Shown: one piece after another, positions 15,762 through 25,561 of the stretch
Position numbering within the stretch: the stretch's first letter is position 1
How the letters are laid out: every line of letters starts with the position of its first letter
Assembly (NCBI GenBank): GCA_016867255.1
Contig: VGKB01000002.1
Coordinates: 1 to 37,184 of the forward strand
DNA: 37,184 nt
Reading direction: 5' to 3'
Source of the DNA: Candidatus Moraniibacteriota bacterium
GTDB lineage: Bacteria > Patescibacteriota > Minisyncoccia > CAIUEV01
Made by a program: the position numbers and the translations under genes
Notes under the pieces: generated by a model
Seen by the model: the letters and a program-made list of their open reading frames with translations, nothing else
Told to the model about the DNA's origin: nothing
Databases searched by the model: none

Positions 15762-15997
15762 ACGCCGTACACTATTTTATCAATCTTTTTGCTTAGATTT
15801 CTATCTTTAGACTTAAATTTGATTTTTTCAAGATCTCTGAAGGTATATCTCGGTTTTACCAAGTTCCCTATAGGCTCAATACGGAAAACCGGTTTAGAGC
15901 TTCTAACTACAATAAAGGAGCTGCCTGCCAAAGCCTCACAGGAGATCCTTCTTAAATCCTTATGTAATTTTTTAATGCCGATTATTTGCGCTTCCAT
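15758..15997 (-). CDS. Antitoxin (Phd/YefM-like) paired with VapC
   Basis: IIGIKKL...GSSFIVVRSSKPVFRIEP; 4-bp overlap with the toxin. Confidence 0.75.
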   Translation of the reverse strand: MEAQIIGIKKLHKDLRRISCEALAGSSFIVVRSSKPVFRIEPIGNLVKPRYTFRDLEKIKFKSKDRNLSKKIDKIVYGV

Positions 15998-16011
15998 AAG
16001 ATTTAATTAAA

Positions 16012-16047
16012 AAGGTTAAACTTTAAGTTCACTTATAGTTTAACCTT
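16012..16047. promoter_or_regulatory. Inverted repeat upstream of the antitoxin (probable operator)
   Basis: AAGGTTAAACT (16012-16022) ... AGTTTAACCTT (16037-16047). Confidence 0.5.
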
Positions 16048-16066
16048 CATTTTGTTTTTGTCAACC

Positions 16067-17125
16067 TCACGGAAAAAGAAGTGAAAGAAACGCACCGAGA
16101 ATGAGAAACGGCCCGAACGGCAGGGCGGTTTTCATCTGGGCGCGGCCAAAAAGCATTAAAACTAAGCCAACCACCGCTCCTGTCTGGAAAGCAAAAAAGA
16201 GCGCCACCAGCGTCTTCCCAACTCCCAAAAAAAGCCCCAGTAAAAACGCCAGCTGGACATCTCCCCTGCCCATCCAAGTCTCCCGGCTTACCCAAACGAT
16301 AAAATAAAAGAAACCGGCGGCAAAAATCCCCGCGGCGAGGCCCGCAAACGTTCGGGATTCCGCCAAAAGGGATAAATACGGATACTCCGCCGGCGTAAAA
16401 AAAAGCGCCTTGAGATGAATCGCCCGCGCGTAAAAATCCGCCGGCGCGAGCCAAAAAGTCTCCAAAAAACCCGGCGGGATAACCCTTAATCCGGCAAGGC
16501 CAGCGGCGTATTCCTTTATCTTCAAGATTAAAATTTGATTTTTGGAAGCTAAAATGCCGATAAAAAGTCCAATGTCCGCGACAAAATTAAACGCCAAAGA
16601 AAAAATAATTCCCCAGATAACATAGGCATCCGGAATCAGCATATGCTTAAGATCATAGACAAAGATAGCAATTAGCGCCGCCGCCACAGCAAAAACGAAA
16701 ATCAGTTCAAAAAACTTCCATCCGGCGTCAAGGGACGCAAGTGAAACGTTTACGCCCACTTTTTCTAAAAGCGTTTTGGTCCCTAATACGCCGAAAAAAT
16801 GGCCCAGCCAATCGTTCCAATAATTATTAAGTGAGAAATAAACAATACCAAGAAACAACACGCCCGTCGCGCCTTCCACCAAAGGGTACTGCCGGCTGAT
16901 TTTACGGCGGCAAAAGCGGCAGCGGCCGCTCAATATGAGAAAACTTAAAAGTGGGATGTTATCCTGCCACGGGAGCTGCCTCCTGCAGTGAGGGCAAAAC
17001 GACCGTCCGCCAATTCCCCTTCCCTTTTCGGTGCGATAGATTACGACATTGAGAAAACTGCCGGCAATAAGGCCGAGCAAAGCGCTAAAAAAATACGGCA
17101 CGGCATTAGAAAGAATTTCTAACAT
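16067..17125 (-). CDS. pilD: Prepilin peptidase (A24)
   Basis: GSFLNVVIYR, RSFCPHC, GRCRFC, YDLKHMLIPD, MGRGD, LPFGPFL. Start set to the Met at 17125 because the upstream extension lies inside a MITE. Confidence 0.92.
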   Translation of the reverse strand: MLEILSNAVPYFFSALLGLIAGSFLNVVIYRTEKGRGIGGRSFCPHCRRQLPWQDNIPLLSFLILSGRCRFCRRKISRQYPLVEGATGVLFLGIVYFSLNNYWNDWLGHFFGVLGTKTLLEKVGVNVSLASLDAGWKFFELIFVFAVAAALIAIFVYDLKHMLIPDAYVIWGIIFSLAFNFVADIGLFIGILASKNQILILKIKEYAAGLAGLRVIPPGFLETFWLAPADFYARAIHLKALFFTPAEYPYLSLLAESRTFAGLAAGIFAAGFFYFIVWVSRETWMGRGDVQLAFLLGLFLGVGKTLVALFFAFQTGAVVGLVLMLFGRAQMKTALPFGPFLILGAFLSLLFP

Positions 17126-17136
17126 TTTGATATTCT

Positions 17137-17279
17137 GATGGTTACAAAACTCAATTTTTTTAATTTTTTTGTATCTAGCTCGCATTGCAGTTAATGCCTC
17201 TCAGGCGACCTGCCCGCCGAAGCCTCGGCGCAGGCGGGCGTCCCACAAAAAAATTAAAATGGGGAGTTTTGTAACCATC
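17137..17279. mobile_element. 143-bp MITE with 16-bp terminal inverted repeats
   Basis: GATGGTTACAAAACTC (17137-17152) and GAGTTTTGTAACCATC (17264-17279); internal GC palindrome at 17209-17238. Confidence 0.75.
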
Positions 17280-17287
17280 TAATTCAA

Positions 17288-17584
17288 TTATATTACCACC
17301 TTTATCTCTTTCACCGTAACCCCCTTGTTTTTCAGCTCTGCCATTGTCTCTTCCTTCCGCAAATAAATTTCCTGCCTTTGCGCTGCGGAAGCAGTCTTTA
17401 TTTTCAAAATCCCGTCCCGATAGGAAACCAGCTGAACCCCTTCCAAATGTTTCCTGGCATTTCCTAACTTTTTCAAGATATTTGCGGCCTGGCCGGCCTG
17501 TACCGCCCTTAATAAATGCGGCTTCTTTATGCTTCCGCCAAGCCCCACGCCTAATTTTGGGATTCTACGCGCCTTAAAATACAT
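17288..17584 (-). CDS. DciA/DUF721-like protein
   Basis: LKIKTASAAQRQEIYLRKEETMAEL...VKEIKVVI pattern; 98 aa; adjacent to dnaE. Confidence 0.6.
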   Translation of the reverse strand: MYFKARRIPKLGVGLGGSIKKPHLLRAVQAGQAANILKKLGNARKHLEGVQLVSYRDGILKIKTASAAQRQEIYLRKEETMAELKNKGVTVKEIKVVI

Positions 17585-17664
17585 AAAATTAAATTACAAA
17601 ATACAAAGTGTAAAGTTACAAAAAAAATACCCCTCCCATTTTTTGTAACTTTGTACTTTGCGCT

Positions 17665-20600
17665 TTATTCTCCTTCCCATCTCACCCTTCCTTCCCCTAA
17701 AATATCCACCAATTGTTTCTTTAAAGTTTCGGTAAATTTTACCAAATATTGCGTCCTATAATCATTTACGACATTTTTTCCACCATTTTTAATCTTCAAA
17801 ATTACCGGGATTTTCCCTTTTGCGGAATTACCCAAGACTAAGTTTAACCGTGGAATCACTAACTCGGCGTTAAGCGACTTATCAAGATGGAGAAAAACTT
17901 CCCCTGATTTGATGATTTCCAAAAGAGAAGCACCTCCATGCCCCTTTGTTGCCACACTTTTATCTTTTTTAAAAAGATTTTTCTTTGATTTGACTGGACC
18001 AGCCGCGTTTGTTTGACTATTGGAATTTCCTTGAAACTGCCTGCCCGTCCCTGCCTCGCCGGCAGGCGGGCGGTAGGCGGGGGAATTTGGAACTTTCTTG
18101 GCTATTTGTCCCTCCTCCGCCATTTTGGCAAATTCCGCAAGCGGGTATCCCTTTTCCACTAATACTTTAATACTGTCGTCTTTAGTGCTGACTCGTCCTT
18201 CAACCACTAGTTTCGCCCCCGAAAACCACAGCGCCTGATTCTCCGCGTAAGTACGCGGAAAAACAATCACTTCCAGCCGGCCGCTCAGATCTTCAATTTC
18301 CGCAAAAACCATTAAATCATTGGCCTTTGTGTAAATTTTCTTCACTCTTCCCACCACTCCAGCCACCCGGACCGGCCTCCGATCATCCTTCATCGTAAGC
18401 GCGCTGATTCCTGCCGCGTATTTTTCCATCAACTCCCGGTACTCATCCAAGGGATGGCCGGAGACAAAAAGCCCCAGTAATTCCTTTTCCCATTTTAGCC
18501 GCTCCTCGTCACTAGCCGCTTCCCCCGGAACCAAAGTAATGTCGTGGGTCGTCTCGCCAAAAAGCCCTTGCAGCTGCGCTTTCTCAGTTTGCTGTTTGTG
18601 AAATTGCAAAAACCGGTCCAGATTGGAGAGTAAAAGCCCCCTTTCGCCAAACTCCTTCATCGCTCCCGCCCTAATCAAGCTTTCCAGTGATTTTTTGTTT
18701 AGGTCTTTGTCCTGAATCCTCTTTAGAAAATCGCCGATACCCTTGAATTCTCCGTTCCTTCGCCTCTCGCTTACAATCATTTCCACAATATGATCCCCCA
18801 CGTTTTTTACGGCCTTGAGCCCAAACCTGATTAGCTGTTTTTTTTCTTTTCCTTTTTTTTCTTCCTCATCAATTACCGTAAAGTTGCCAAAACTCTGGTT
18901 TACCGAGGGCGGTAAAACCGCAATGCCTAGCTGGCGGCACTCTTCCACTTCAATGGCAATCCGGTCAATGTCATTCTGGTCCGCCGTAAGGAGCGCCGCC
19001 ATAAATTCCGCTGGATAATTCCCTTTGAGGTAGGCCGTTTGGTAGCCAATCATGGCGTAGCAGGCCGCGTGGCTGCGATTGAATCCGTATTGGGCAAACT
19101 TTTCCATATCGGAAAAAGCTTTCTCGGCAATTCTCTTCCCCACCCCATTTTTCACACAGCCCCTGACAAAATCCTCCCGCAGTTTCAAAATTAGCTCCGG
19201 AATTTTTTTGCCCATTCCCTTTCTTAAAGTATCCGCTTCTCCGCCGGTAAATCCAGCCATATCCTTGCTAAGCTGCATTACCTGTTCCTGATAAACAATC
19301 ACGCCGTAGGTGTTCTTGAGCGCCTGTTCCATAGAAGGATGTTCATAGTGGATGCTTCTCTCTCCGTGCTTGCGGGCAATAAATTCGTCCACCATTCCCG
19401 AGTTAAGCGGACCGGGGCGGTAGAGAGCCGCCATCGCGATCAAATCTTCAAAAGAAGTGGGATGCAGTTTCCTAAGGTAGCGGCGCATGCCGGAGGACTC
19501 ATACTGGAAAAAGCCGGTAGTCTCGCCCTTTTGAAAAAGCGCGAATGCCTTGGGGTCGTTAAGCGGGATATTGCTCAGGTCAATTTCCGCGCCGTAGCGG
19601 TGTTTGATAATATTCACTGTGTTTTGTAGAAGCGTCAGGTTTTTAAGCCCCAAAAAATCCATTTTCAAAAGCCCCACTTTTTCCACTGATTTCATTTCAT
19701 ATTGGGTGATAACCGTCTTGTCTTCATTAGAAGCGTATTGGAGGGGAGCGAAATTCGTGAGCTCCTCCGGCGCGATCACTACGCCGCAGGCGTGGCGGGA
19801 GGCGTGGCGGGCCACTCCTTCCAATCGCTTGGCGTTGTCAATAAGTTTGGTAATGGCAGGATCTTTTTCGTAAATTTCCTGGAGATCGGACGCCGCGGCA
19901 AGGGCTTCCTTGAAATTCATCATCATGGGAACCATTTTGGCCACCCGGTCGCAAAGTTCGTAAGGGTAGCCCAAAACCCGGCCCACGTCGCGCACTGAGG
20001 CTCGCGCCGCCATCGTCCCAAAAGTGATAATTTGCGCCACTTTTTCCCGTCCATAATTTTCCGCCACGTAATCAATCACTTCGTCGCGGCGGTTGTCCGC
20101 GAAATCCACGTCAATATCCGGCATGCTTATCCGGTCCGGATTTAAGAAACGTTCAAAAAGGAGGTCGTATTTGATTGGGTCTATTTCAGTAATTCCCAGC
20201 AAAAAGGAAATGAGACTGCCCGCCGCCGAGCCCCGACCCGGCCCCACTACAATTCCCTGCCCCTTGGCCCAATTAACGAAGTCCTGCACAATTAAAAGAT
20301 AGGAAGCAAACCCCATGCGTTTAATTGTTTCAATTTCGTAATTAAAACGTTCGCGAATTTCCTTGTCCGCCTCTTTTAGATTTTTGCCAAAACGCCTCTG
20401 CATTCCAATGTCGCACAATTCTAAAAGGTAGGATTCCGGGGTCTTTTCCCGCGGGGTGGGAAAGGCCGGCAGAAACGACTTGCCTAAAGGGATTTCCAAA
20501 TTGCACTCCGCAGCAATTTTTTGGCTGTTCTCCACCGCTTCCGGCACATCCAAAAAATTGCTGCGGATTTCTTCGCCGGTGCGAAAATGCAAATTAAATT

Positions 20601-21315
20601 CTCTCAGCGACAGCCGGTCTGTATCTTCCACCTTCTTCCCCGACTGGACGCAAAGTAAAATATCCTGCGCCTCTTTGTCATCCGGCCGCACATAATGGAC
20701 ATCGGAAGTCGCGATTAGCGGAGCGCCGGTTTTCCGCGCCAGCGCCTTCAGCCGTTCATTTATCGTTTTATACTGCTCGTGGGGTTGGAGTTCCAGATAA
20801 AAATTCCCCTTCCCGAAAATTTCCTGATATTCCCAAACAGCTCTTTCGGCTTTCTCAATTTTTCCTAATTCCAAAAACCGCGGGACTTCCCCGGCACCGC
20901 AGGCGGAAAGGGCAATAATCCCCTCCGCGTAACTTCTAAGTATTTTTTTGTCTATTCGCGGCTTGTAGTAAAACCCTTCCAAATGGCCAATCGTCACAAT
21001 CTTCAAAAGATTGCGGTAGCCGGTCTGGTTTTTGGAAAGCAAGACTAGGTGGCGATATTTTTCCCCGTTTTTGGCTTGGTTTTTCTTTTTATGGTCTTCC
21101 GTCAAATACACTTCGCAGCCAATAATCGGTTTTATCCCCGCTTCGCGGGCTTTCTCGTAAAACTCAATCGCCCCGTACATATTGCCGTGATCGGTAAGCG
21201 CCAAAGCCGGCATGCCGAGCTCTTTGGCCCGGTTTACTAACTCTCCGATTTTCGCCATCCCGTCTAACAAAGAATAGTGGGAATGGACATGAAGATGAAC
21301 AAAGGACTTAGACAT
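17665..21315 (-). CDS. dnaE: DNA polymerase III alpha subunit
   Basis: PHP domain HLHVHSHYSLLDG; PGRGSAAGS; RISMPDIDVDF; GLLKMDFLGL; OB fold. Confidence 0.98.
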   Translation of the reverse strand: MSKSFVHLHVHSHYSLLDGMAKIGELVNRAKELGMPALALTDHGNMYGAIEFYEKAREAGIKPIIGCEVYLTEDHKKKNQAKNGEKYRHLVLLSKNQTGYRNLLKIVTIGHLEGFYYKPRIDKKILRSYAEGIIALSACGAGEVPRFLELGKIEKAERAVWEYQEIFGKGNFYLELQPHEQYKTINERLKALARKTGAPLIATSDVHYVRPDDKEAQDILLCVQSGKKVEDTDRLSLREFNLHFRTGEEIRSNFLDVPEAVENSQKIAAECNLEIPLGKSFLPAFPTPREKTPESYLLELCDIGMQRRFGKNLKEADKEIRERFNYEIETIKRMGFASYLLIVQDFVNWAKGQGIVVGPGRGSAAGSLISFLLGITEIDPIKYDLLFERFLNPDRISMPDIDVDFADNRRDEVIDYVAENYGREKVAQIITFGTMAARASVRDVGRVLGYPYELCDRVAKMVPMMMNFKEALAAASDLQEIYEKDPAITKLIDNAKRLEGVARHASRHACGVVIAPEELTNFAPLQYASNEDKTVITQYEMKSVEKVGLLKMDFLGLKNLTLLQNTVNIIKHRYGAEIDLSNIPLNDPKAFALFQKGETTGFFQYESSGMRRYLRKLHPTSFEDLIAMAALYRPGPLNSGMVDEFIARKHGERSIHYEHPSMEQALKNTYGVIVYQEQVMQLSKDMAGFTGGEADTLRKGMGKKIPELILKLREDFVRGCVKNGVGKRIAEKAFSDMEKFAQYGFNRSHAACYAMIGYQTAYLKGNYPAEFMAALLTADQNDIDRIAIEVEECRQLGIAVLPPSVNQSFGNFTVIDEEEKKGKEKKQLIRFGLKAVKNVGDHIVEMIVSERRRNGEFKGIGDFLKRIQDKDLNKKSLESLIRAGAMKEFGERGLLLSNLDRFLQFHKQQTEKAQLQGLFGETTHDITLVPGEAASDEERLKWEKELLGLFVSGHPLDEYRELMEKYAAGISALTMKDDRRPVRVAGVVGRVKKIYTKANDLMVFAEIEDLSGRLEVIVFPRTYAENQALWFSGAKLVVEGRVSTKDDSIKVLVEKGYPLAEFAKMAEEGQIAKKVPNSPAYRPPAGEAGTGRQFQGNSNSQTNAAGPVKSKKNLFKKDKSVATKGHGGASLLEIIKSGEVFLHLDKSLNAELVIPRLNLVLGNSAKGKIPVILKIKNGGKNVVNDYRTQYLVKFTETLKKQLVDILGEGRVRWEGE

Positions 21316-21565
21316 AATTGTTCTTCTTGAAAATAAAATCTGATAAATCCTAAATTGAAAATGCTAAGTTCCAAAAAACTCTAAATCTCAAGCACTAATT
21401 TAGGATTTGGTGCTTAGCGCGATTTGTAGCTTAGAATTTTTAATTTAGTGCTTTGAAACCATAAGATCGGTTTCGATATTCAATATTATTAAACAAGCAA
21501 ACCGGAAGAATTAACAAATGTGTAATTTATCTATATTATTACATCAGTAAATCATAAAATAAAAA

Positions 21566-22186
21566 ATGCTGGAGCAAGCAGGTCGTTTTTTGGTTAGAGA
21601 AAAATACCTGGACCCGCGATACAAAAACCAATTAGAAGAATGGGAGAAGCAAAAAATAGCGGAGGCGGAAAAAAAAGTCGCAAACCTCGGGCGCTACCGG
21701 ACGATCAAGGCGCGGGCGGCGATGGCGAAAGAAGAAATTGAAAAATTTGAGGAAGGCATAAAATACGGGGGGAAAATTTTTTTTCCGCTCCTTTTCGCCT
21801 GCGCTTTAGCCACCGACTTTGCCGATTCGCTCCCGGTCTTTATTGACAAGCTCATAAAAATTGCCGCTCTGGCGGTCATTTGGTACAACATTCTCGTAAA
21901 AGGAAGCGCTCCGGGCTATCTGGACCCCAAATATCGGGTGGAGATTAGCTTTCGCGTCCGCCTGATTATGCGCCTCCTCGGCTTGGCCGATCTTCTTCCT
22001 TTTATTGATGTTTTACCTCTGACTACCCTTTCGGTCTTTATCGTCTGGATTCGCGTTCGCAGGCAAATCCGGGAGCGAAAAAGGGGGTTTGAAGAGCAGG
22101 AGCAGAAGGGCTCCGCCATTGCCGATTCCGGGAATCAAGCCGGGCAACAACTCCAACAGGAAGAACCCCAACGACTTGCCGCTTAA
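21566..22186 (+). CDS. Hypothetical membrane protein
   Basis: Coiled N-terminus, central hydrophobic helices with DLLPFIDVLP, Gln-rich C-terminus ending LAA. Confidence 0.7.
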   Translation: MLEQAGRFLVREKYLDPRYKNQLEEWEKQKIAEAEKKVANLGRYRTIKARAAMAKEEIEKFEEGIKYGGKIFFPLLFACALATDFADSLPVFIDKLIKIAALAVIWYNILVKGSAPGYLDPKYRVEISFRVRLIMRLLGLADLLPFIDVLPLTTLSVFIVWIRVRRQIRERKRGFEEQEQKGSAIADSGNQAGQQLQQEEPQRLAA

Positions 22187-22229
22187 ACAGAGCAAAGACA
22201 TAAAAAACAATCAAAAACAAATTAAAACA

Positions 22230-25049
22230 ATGGCCAGCCAGACTCCAAATTCCCAAAAATCCGCCAAAAAGAAAATTATTCTCGGCCTGCTTGCCGCGCT
22301 GGCGGTTTTTGCGGCAATCTTTAGTTCCACTCAAGCCAAAATTTTAGCGGAGGTCACTTATAACTACGGAGTTGGCTCCACTCAAACCCGCCAGGTTATT
22401 TTTGACAGTCAAGGACAGATTGATTCCTTGCTTGCCAGTGGAACAGCCACGGTCAAAAAAATACGCGACATTCCTGACAATCTTTCCAAAGAAGAATACG
22501 ACAAGATTGTTAATGAAACGAATGACTACAACCAACAACAGGAACAGTTGGACACAAAAAACGCCAGCTCTTCGCTTTGGTCTATTGCCAGCTGGCTACC
22601 CGATAAAATACTCCGCGTTTTACTGGCGATTTTATACATTGTTTTATGGCTGTTTTATTCAATCGCTTACGGATTAGTTTATCTTGCGGAATCCATCCTG
22701 AAGTTGGTTATAGACCCCGCTCTAATAAAAGCACTGGGCGGCCTTTCCACCGCTGATTTCGTGAAAAGCGTGGCGCAAACGCTGGCTAATCTCTGCAATA
22801 TTTTCTACCTTATTTTCCTTCTCTACATCGCTTTTATGACCATCATCCGGAAAGCGGACACTTGGCGGCTGCTTTTTAAGCTGGTAATGGCGGCTCTACT
22901 AACCAACTTCGGCTTGGTGTTGGCGGGAGCAATTATTGATGTTTCTCAGGTGATAATGTATTCTATTTTTACTCCCGATAAGATTCAGGCCGGTTTCTCT
23001 CCAGGTACTGAAATCTTATTAAAAATTCAAGAAAAATTAAAAATCGGATCGGGGAGTCTTTCGGGACTCTATGATCTCGCCTCAAAAATTTTTGGCTGGG
23101 ACAAAACCGGAGAGCTTTTAAAAGATGTTTTAAACTTAATCTTTTTGATTTTTGTGGCTTTGGCTTTGGTAATTACCCTTCTTACCGTCGCGCTTATTTT
23201 AATGATTCGAATTATTGCCCTCTGGATTATCCTGATTCTTTCTCCCGTCGCCTTTTTGTTTTATGTCCTCCCTCAAACCGAAAAGTGGTGGAATGAGTGG
23301 CTGGAAAGTCTTTTCAAGTACGCATTCACCGGACCGATCTTGGTCTTTTTCCTCTGGCTGGCTAAGAAAATCGCCGACAATTTCAAGAATATTGAGGAAT
23401 TAAATAAGCTGGGAAATAATCTCCCCAATCAAGACGATTTGAAATACGCCTTTTACGCTTTGGTAGCCCAAAATTTCGCCAGCTTCTTCCAGATGCTGGT
23501 CCTGGTCGCCGTAATCTGGGCCGGCATCCTAATCGCCAATAAATTCGGCATCAAAGGCGCCAAAAGTCTAGATCAGCTCCTCAAAAGTACTGGCAACTTG
23601 CCTGGTAAAATTGCCCGTGGTTGGGGCCACGCCGTTAGCGCCGTGGGCAGAACGACTATGTTGGGCAAAAAAGCCTTCCAAATCCTCCGCGGCAAAAAAA
23701 TAGAAGGGCTAGAAAAGAAAAAAGCATTAGCGGGAGAAGGCACAGCCAAAGCAAAAGATCTTAGTAAAGAGATAGAATACATACAGCAAAAAATGGCAAA
23801 GAAAGACGAGAGAATGATAAAATGGCGAAAGGGTTTTGCCCTGTTTACTCCTCAGACCATCAAACAAGAGTTTGCGAAATATTGGAGTAATAGAGAGAAG
23901 GAGTATTTTGAACAATCTGGTGATTCTTTACGCGAATTTAGCCGTAACTTTCTAAATCGATTGTGGGACACTCCCCGTACAATTCGGGGACAAAAAAGAA
24001 GAGATGTTGAATTAACTAGCGATAACGCGGCTATTGGTCTTTTAGATAATAACCGAGACTTACAGAAGTTGCGAGAAAAGTTTGCTGATTTTGAAGCTAA
24101 ATATGATTGGGAAAACAGAGATAAAACCGAAAAAGAAATTGATGACTTAATCAATAATTTCACAAAAACAGTCACCGAAGACGAAGCGGAACAAAAGAGA
24201 ATTAGCGTGAAAATAAAAAAGGACGTTATGATGGGTACCCCAAATGACAATTTCCTCGGTAGATACACTCTGCAAGTTCGTGATCTTGCGGAGGAGAAGA
24301 AAAAAGGTGAAATGAAAGAAAGTTTTGAGGCAAAAGCGGAAAAGGAGAGAAGAGTAAAAGCCAAAGAAGAATACCTGGAAAAAATTCCCGACCTCACTCT
24401 TGAGCAAATGATCACTATGTTTCGGCGAGGCGATGGCGGTCCGGACATGCAAATTGCTCTGCTCCGCAAAATTGCCGTGTCCGGTAAACATTTTGGCGAT
24501 CTGATGCAAAAAATGATTGATAAATACGATAATAATGCGCTATCCCAAGAAAAGTTTGGAAAAAATTTGGATCAGTTAACCTCCAGCGAGAGAGAAAATG
24601 TTACCCAAGAGGCCAGAAGAAGGGCTTTAGAGGAAATGAAATTAATGACTTCAGGGCTAGAAGTGATTAAAGGTATGCGCGCTGCTGACAAGGAGGCTCG
24701 GACAGCTCGCAATCTTGCTCAAATCGGTTATATTACTTTTGACAAAGTCGCTGGCAAGTGGCGAATGGCCGAAGAGAAAGAAAGAATTAGCGCCATTGGA
24801 AAATTTGTTAAAGATATGCGGCCAATAGAAATCCAGCAACTGCACGTCCAGTCTTTTGAGGATCCGATAGCCAGAAGGTCCCTTGCGGAAAACATCAACT
24901 GGAAATATTTATATGACCATGACCGATTCAAAAAAGAGGTCAAAGAAACCATTAAAGACAATCTCAAAAAATATCAAGGCGAGTTCAAGAAAAATATAAT
25001 TGACTCACAGAGGAAAAAAGCTTTTGTAGATTTAATAAATTTATTTTGA
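22230..25049 (+). CDS. Large VirB6/TrbL-like polytopic membrane protein with long charged C-terminal region
   Basis: AALLTNFGLVLAGAIIDVSQ and RIIALWIILILSPVAFLFYVLPQT..WW..W motifs; start moved to ATG 22230. Confidence 0.7.
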   Translation: MASQTPNSQKSAKKKIILGLLAALAVFAAIFSSTQAKILAEVTYNYGVGSTQTRQVIFDSQGQIDSLLASGTATVKKIRDIPDNLSKEEYDKIVNETNDYNQQQEQLDTKNASSSLWSIASWLPDKILRVLLAILYIVLWLFYSIAYGLVYLAESILKLVIDPALIKALGGLSTADFVKSVAQTLANLCNIFYLIFLLYIAFMTIIRKADTWRLLFKLVMAALLTNFGLVLAGAIIDVSQVIMYSIFTPDKIQAGFSPGTEILLKIQEKLKIGSGSLSGLYDLASKIFGWDKTGELLKDVLNLIFLIFVALALVITLLTVALILMIRIIALWIILILSPVAFLFYVLPQTEKWWNEWLESLFKYAFTGPILVFFLWLAKKIADNFKNIEELNKLGNNLPNQDDLKYAFYALVAQNFASFFQMLVLVAVIWAGILIANKFGIKGAKSLDQLLKSTGNLPGKIARGWGHAVSAVGRTTMLGKKAFQILRGKKIEGLEKKKALAGEGTAKAKDLSKEIEYIQQKMAKKDERMIKWRKGFALFTPQTIKQEFAKYWSNREKEYFEQSGDSLREFSRNFLNRLWDTPRTIRGQKRRDVELTSDNAAIGLLDNNRDLQKLREKFADFEAKYDWENRDKTEKEIDDLINNFTKTVTEDEAEQKRISVKIKKDVMMGTPNDNFLGRYTLQVRDLAEEKKKGEMKESFEAKAEKERRVKAKEEYLEKIPDLTLEQMITMFRRGDGGPDMQIALLRKIAVSGKHFGDLMQKMIDKYDNNALSQEKFGKNLDQLTSSERENVTQEARRRALEEMKLMTSGLEVIKGMRAADKEARTARNLAQIGYITFDKVAGKWRMAEEKERISAIGKFVKDMRPIEIQQLHVQSFEDPIARRSLAENINWKYLYDHDRFKKEVKETIKDNLKKYQGEFKKNIIDSQRKKAFVDLINLF

Positions 25050-25063
25050 GACAAAGTATAGAA

Positions 25064-25095
25064 ATTGAGTGTGGAGAATATTCCCTACACTCAAT
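25064..25095. terminator. Hairpin between convergent genes
   Basis: ATTGAGTGT...ACACTCAAT. Confidence 0.5.
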
Positions 25096-25140
25096 GAATA
25101 GGATGAATCAGCCCTTCGCCCTCAAACCTATGTGTTGGTT

Positions 25141-25386
25141 CTATAATTTTGCAATTTGATGCAAGATTAGATGGCGTACTACTATTTCCCCTGATAGTCC
25201 AATCTTTCTCATTACTGAGAATTCTGTTTCTTTCTCTTTGAATCTTTTGAGAAGTTTTTTGTGTTGTGATTCGTAAATCAATTCAATCAACTCCTCATCC
25301 CTCCCCTCTACGATATCTAACTCATAGTCCATGGGGGGTAGCTCAGGGGTACAACAAATATTCCACAAGAGTAAATATTTGTTCAT
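25141..25386 (-). CDS. Small hypothetical protein
   Basis: 81-aa ORF with AAGGAAG upstream; no recognisable motif. Confidence 0.5.
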   Translation of the reverse strand: MNKYLLLWNICCTPELPPMDYELDIVEGRDEELIELIYESQHKKLLKRFKEKETEFSVMRKIGLSGEIVVRHLILHQIAKL

Positions 25387-25561
25387 TTTTTGTCTTCCTT
25401 TTTACTACTTTCTCGCTAGTTTAGCTAGCTTGCCAACAAATTACCTTTCTTTCTTAAAATTGTGAAGACTAATAATTATCATTTCTTACGCATATGTGAA
25501 AAAAGTGGACAAAATTAACATAGGATACGTTGGTTAAATAAATATTATACATTTTGTGTTC

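Noticed and set aside
23852..24469. 205-aa antisense ORF and other shadow ORFs inside dnaE, rel, rnj and the kinase
   Set aside because: They fully overlap well-supported genes, mostly on the opposite strand, and show no motifs.
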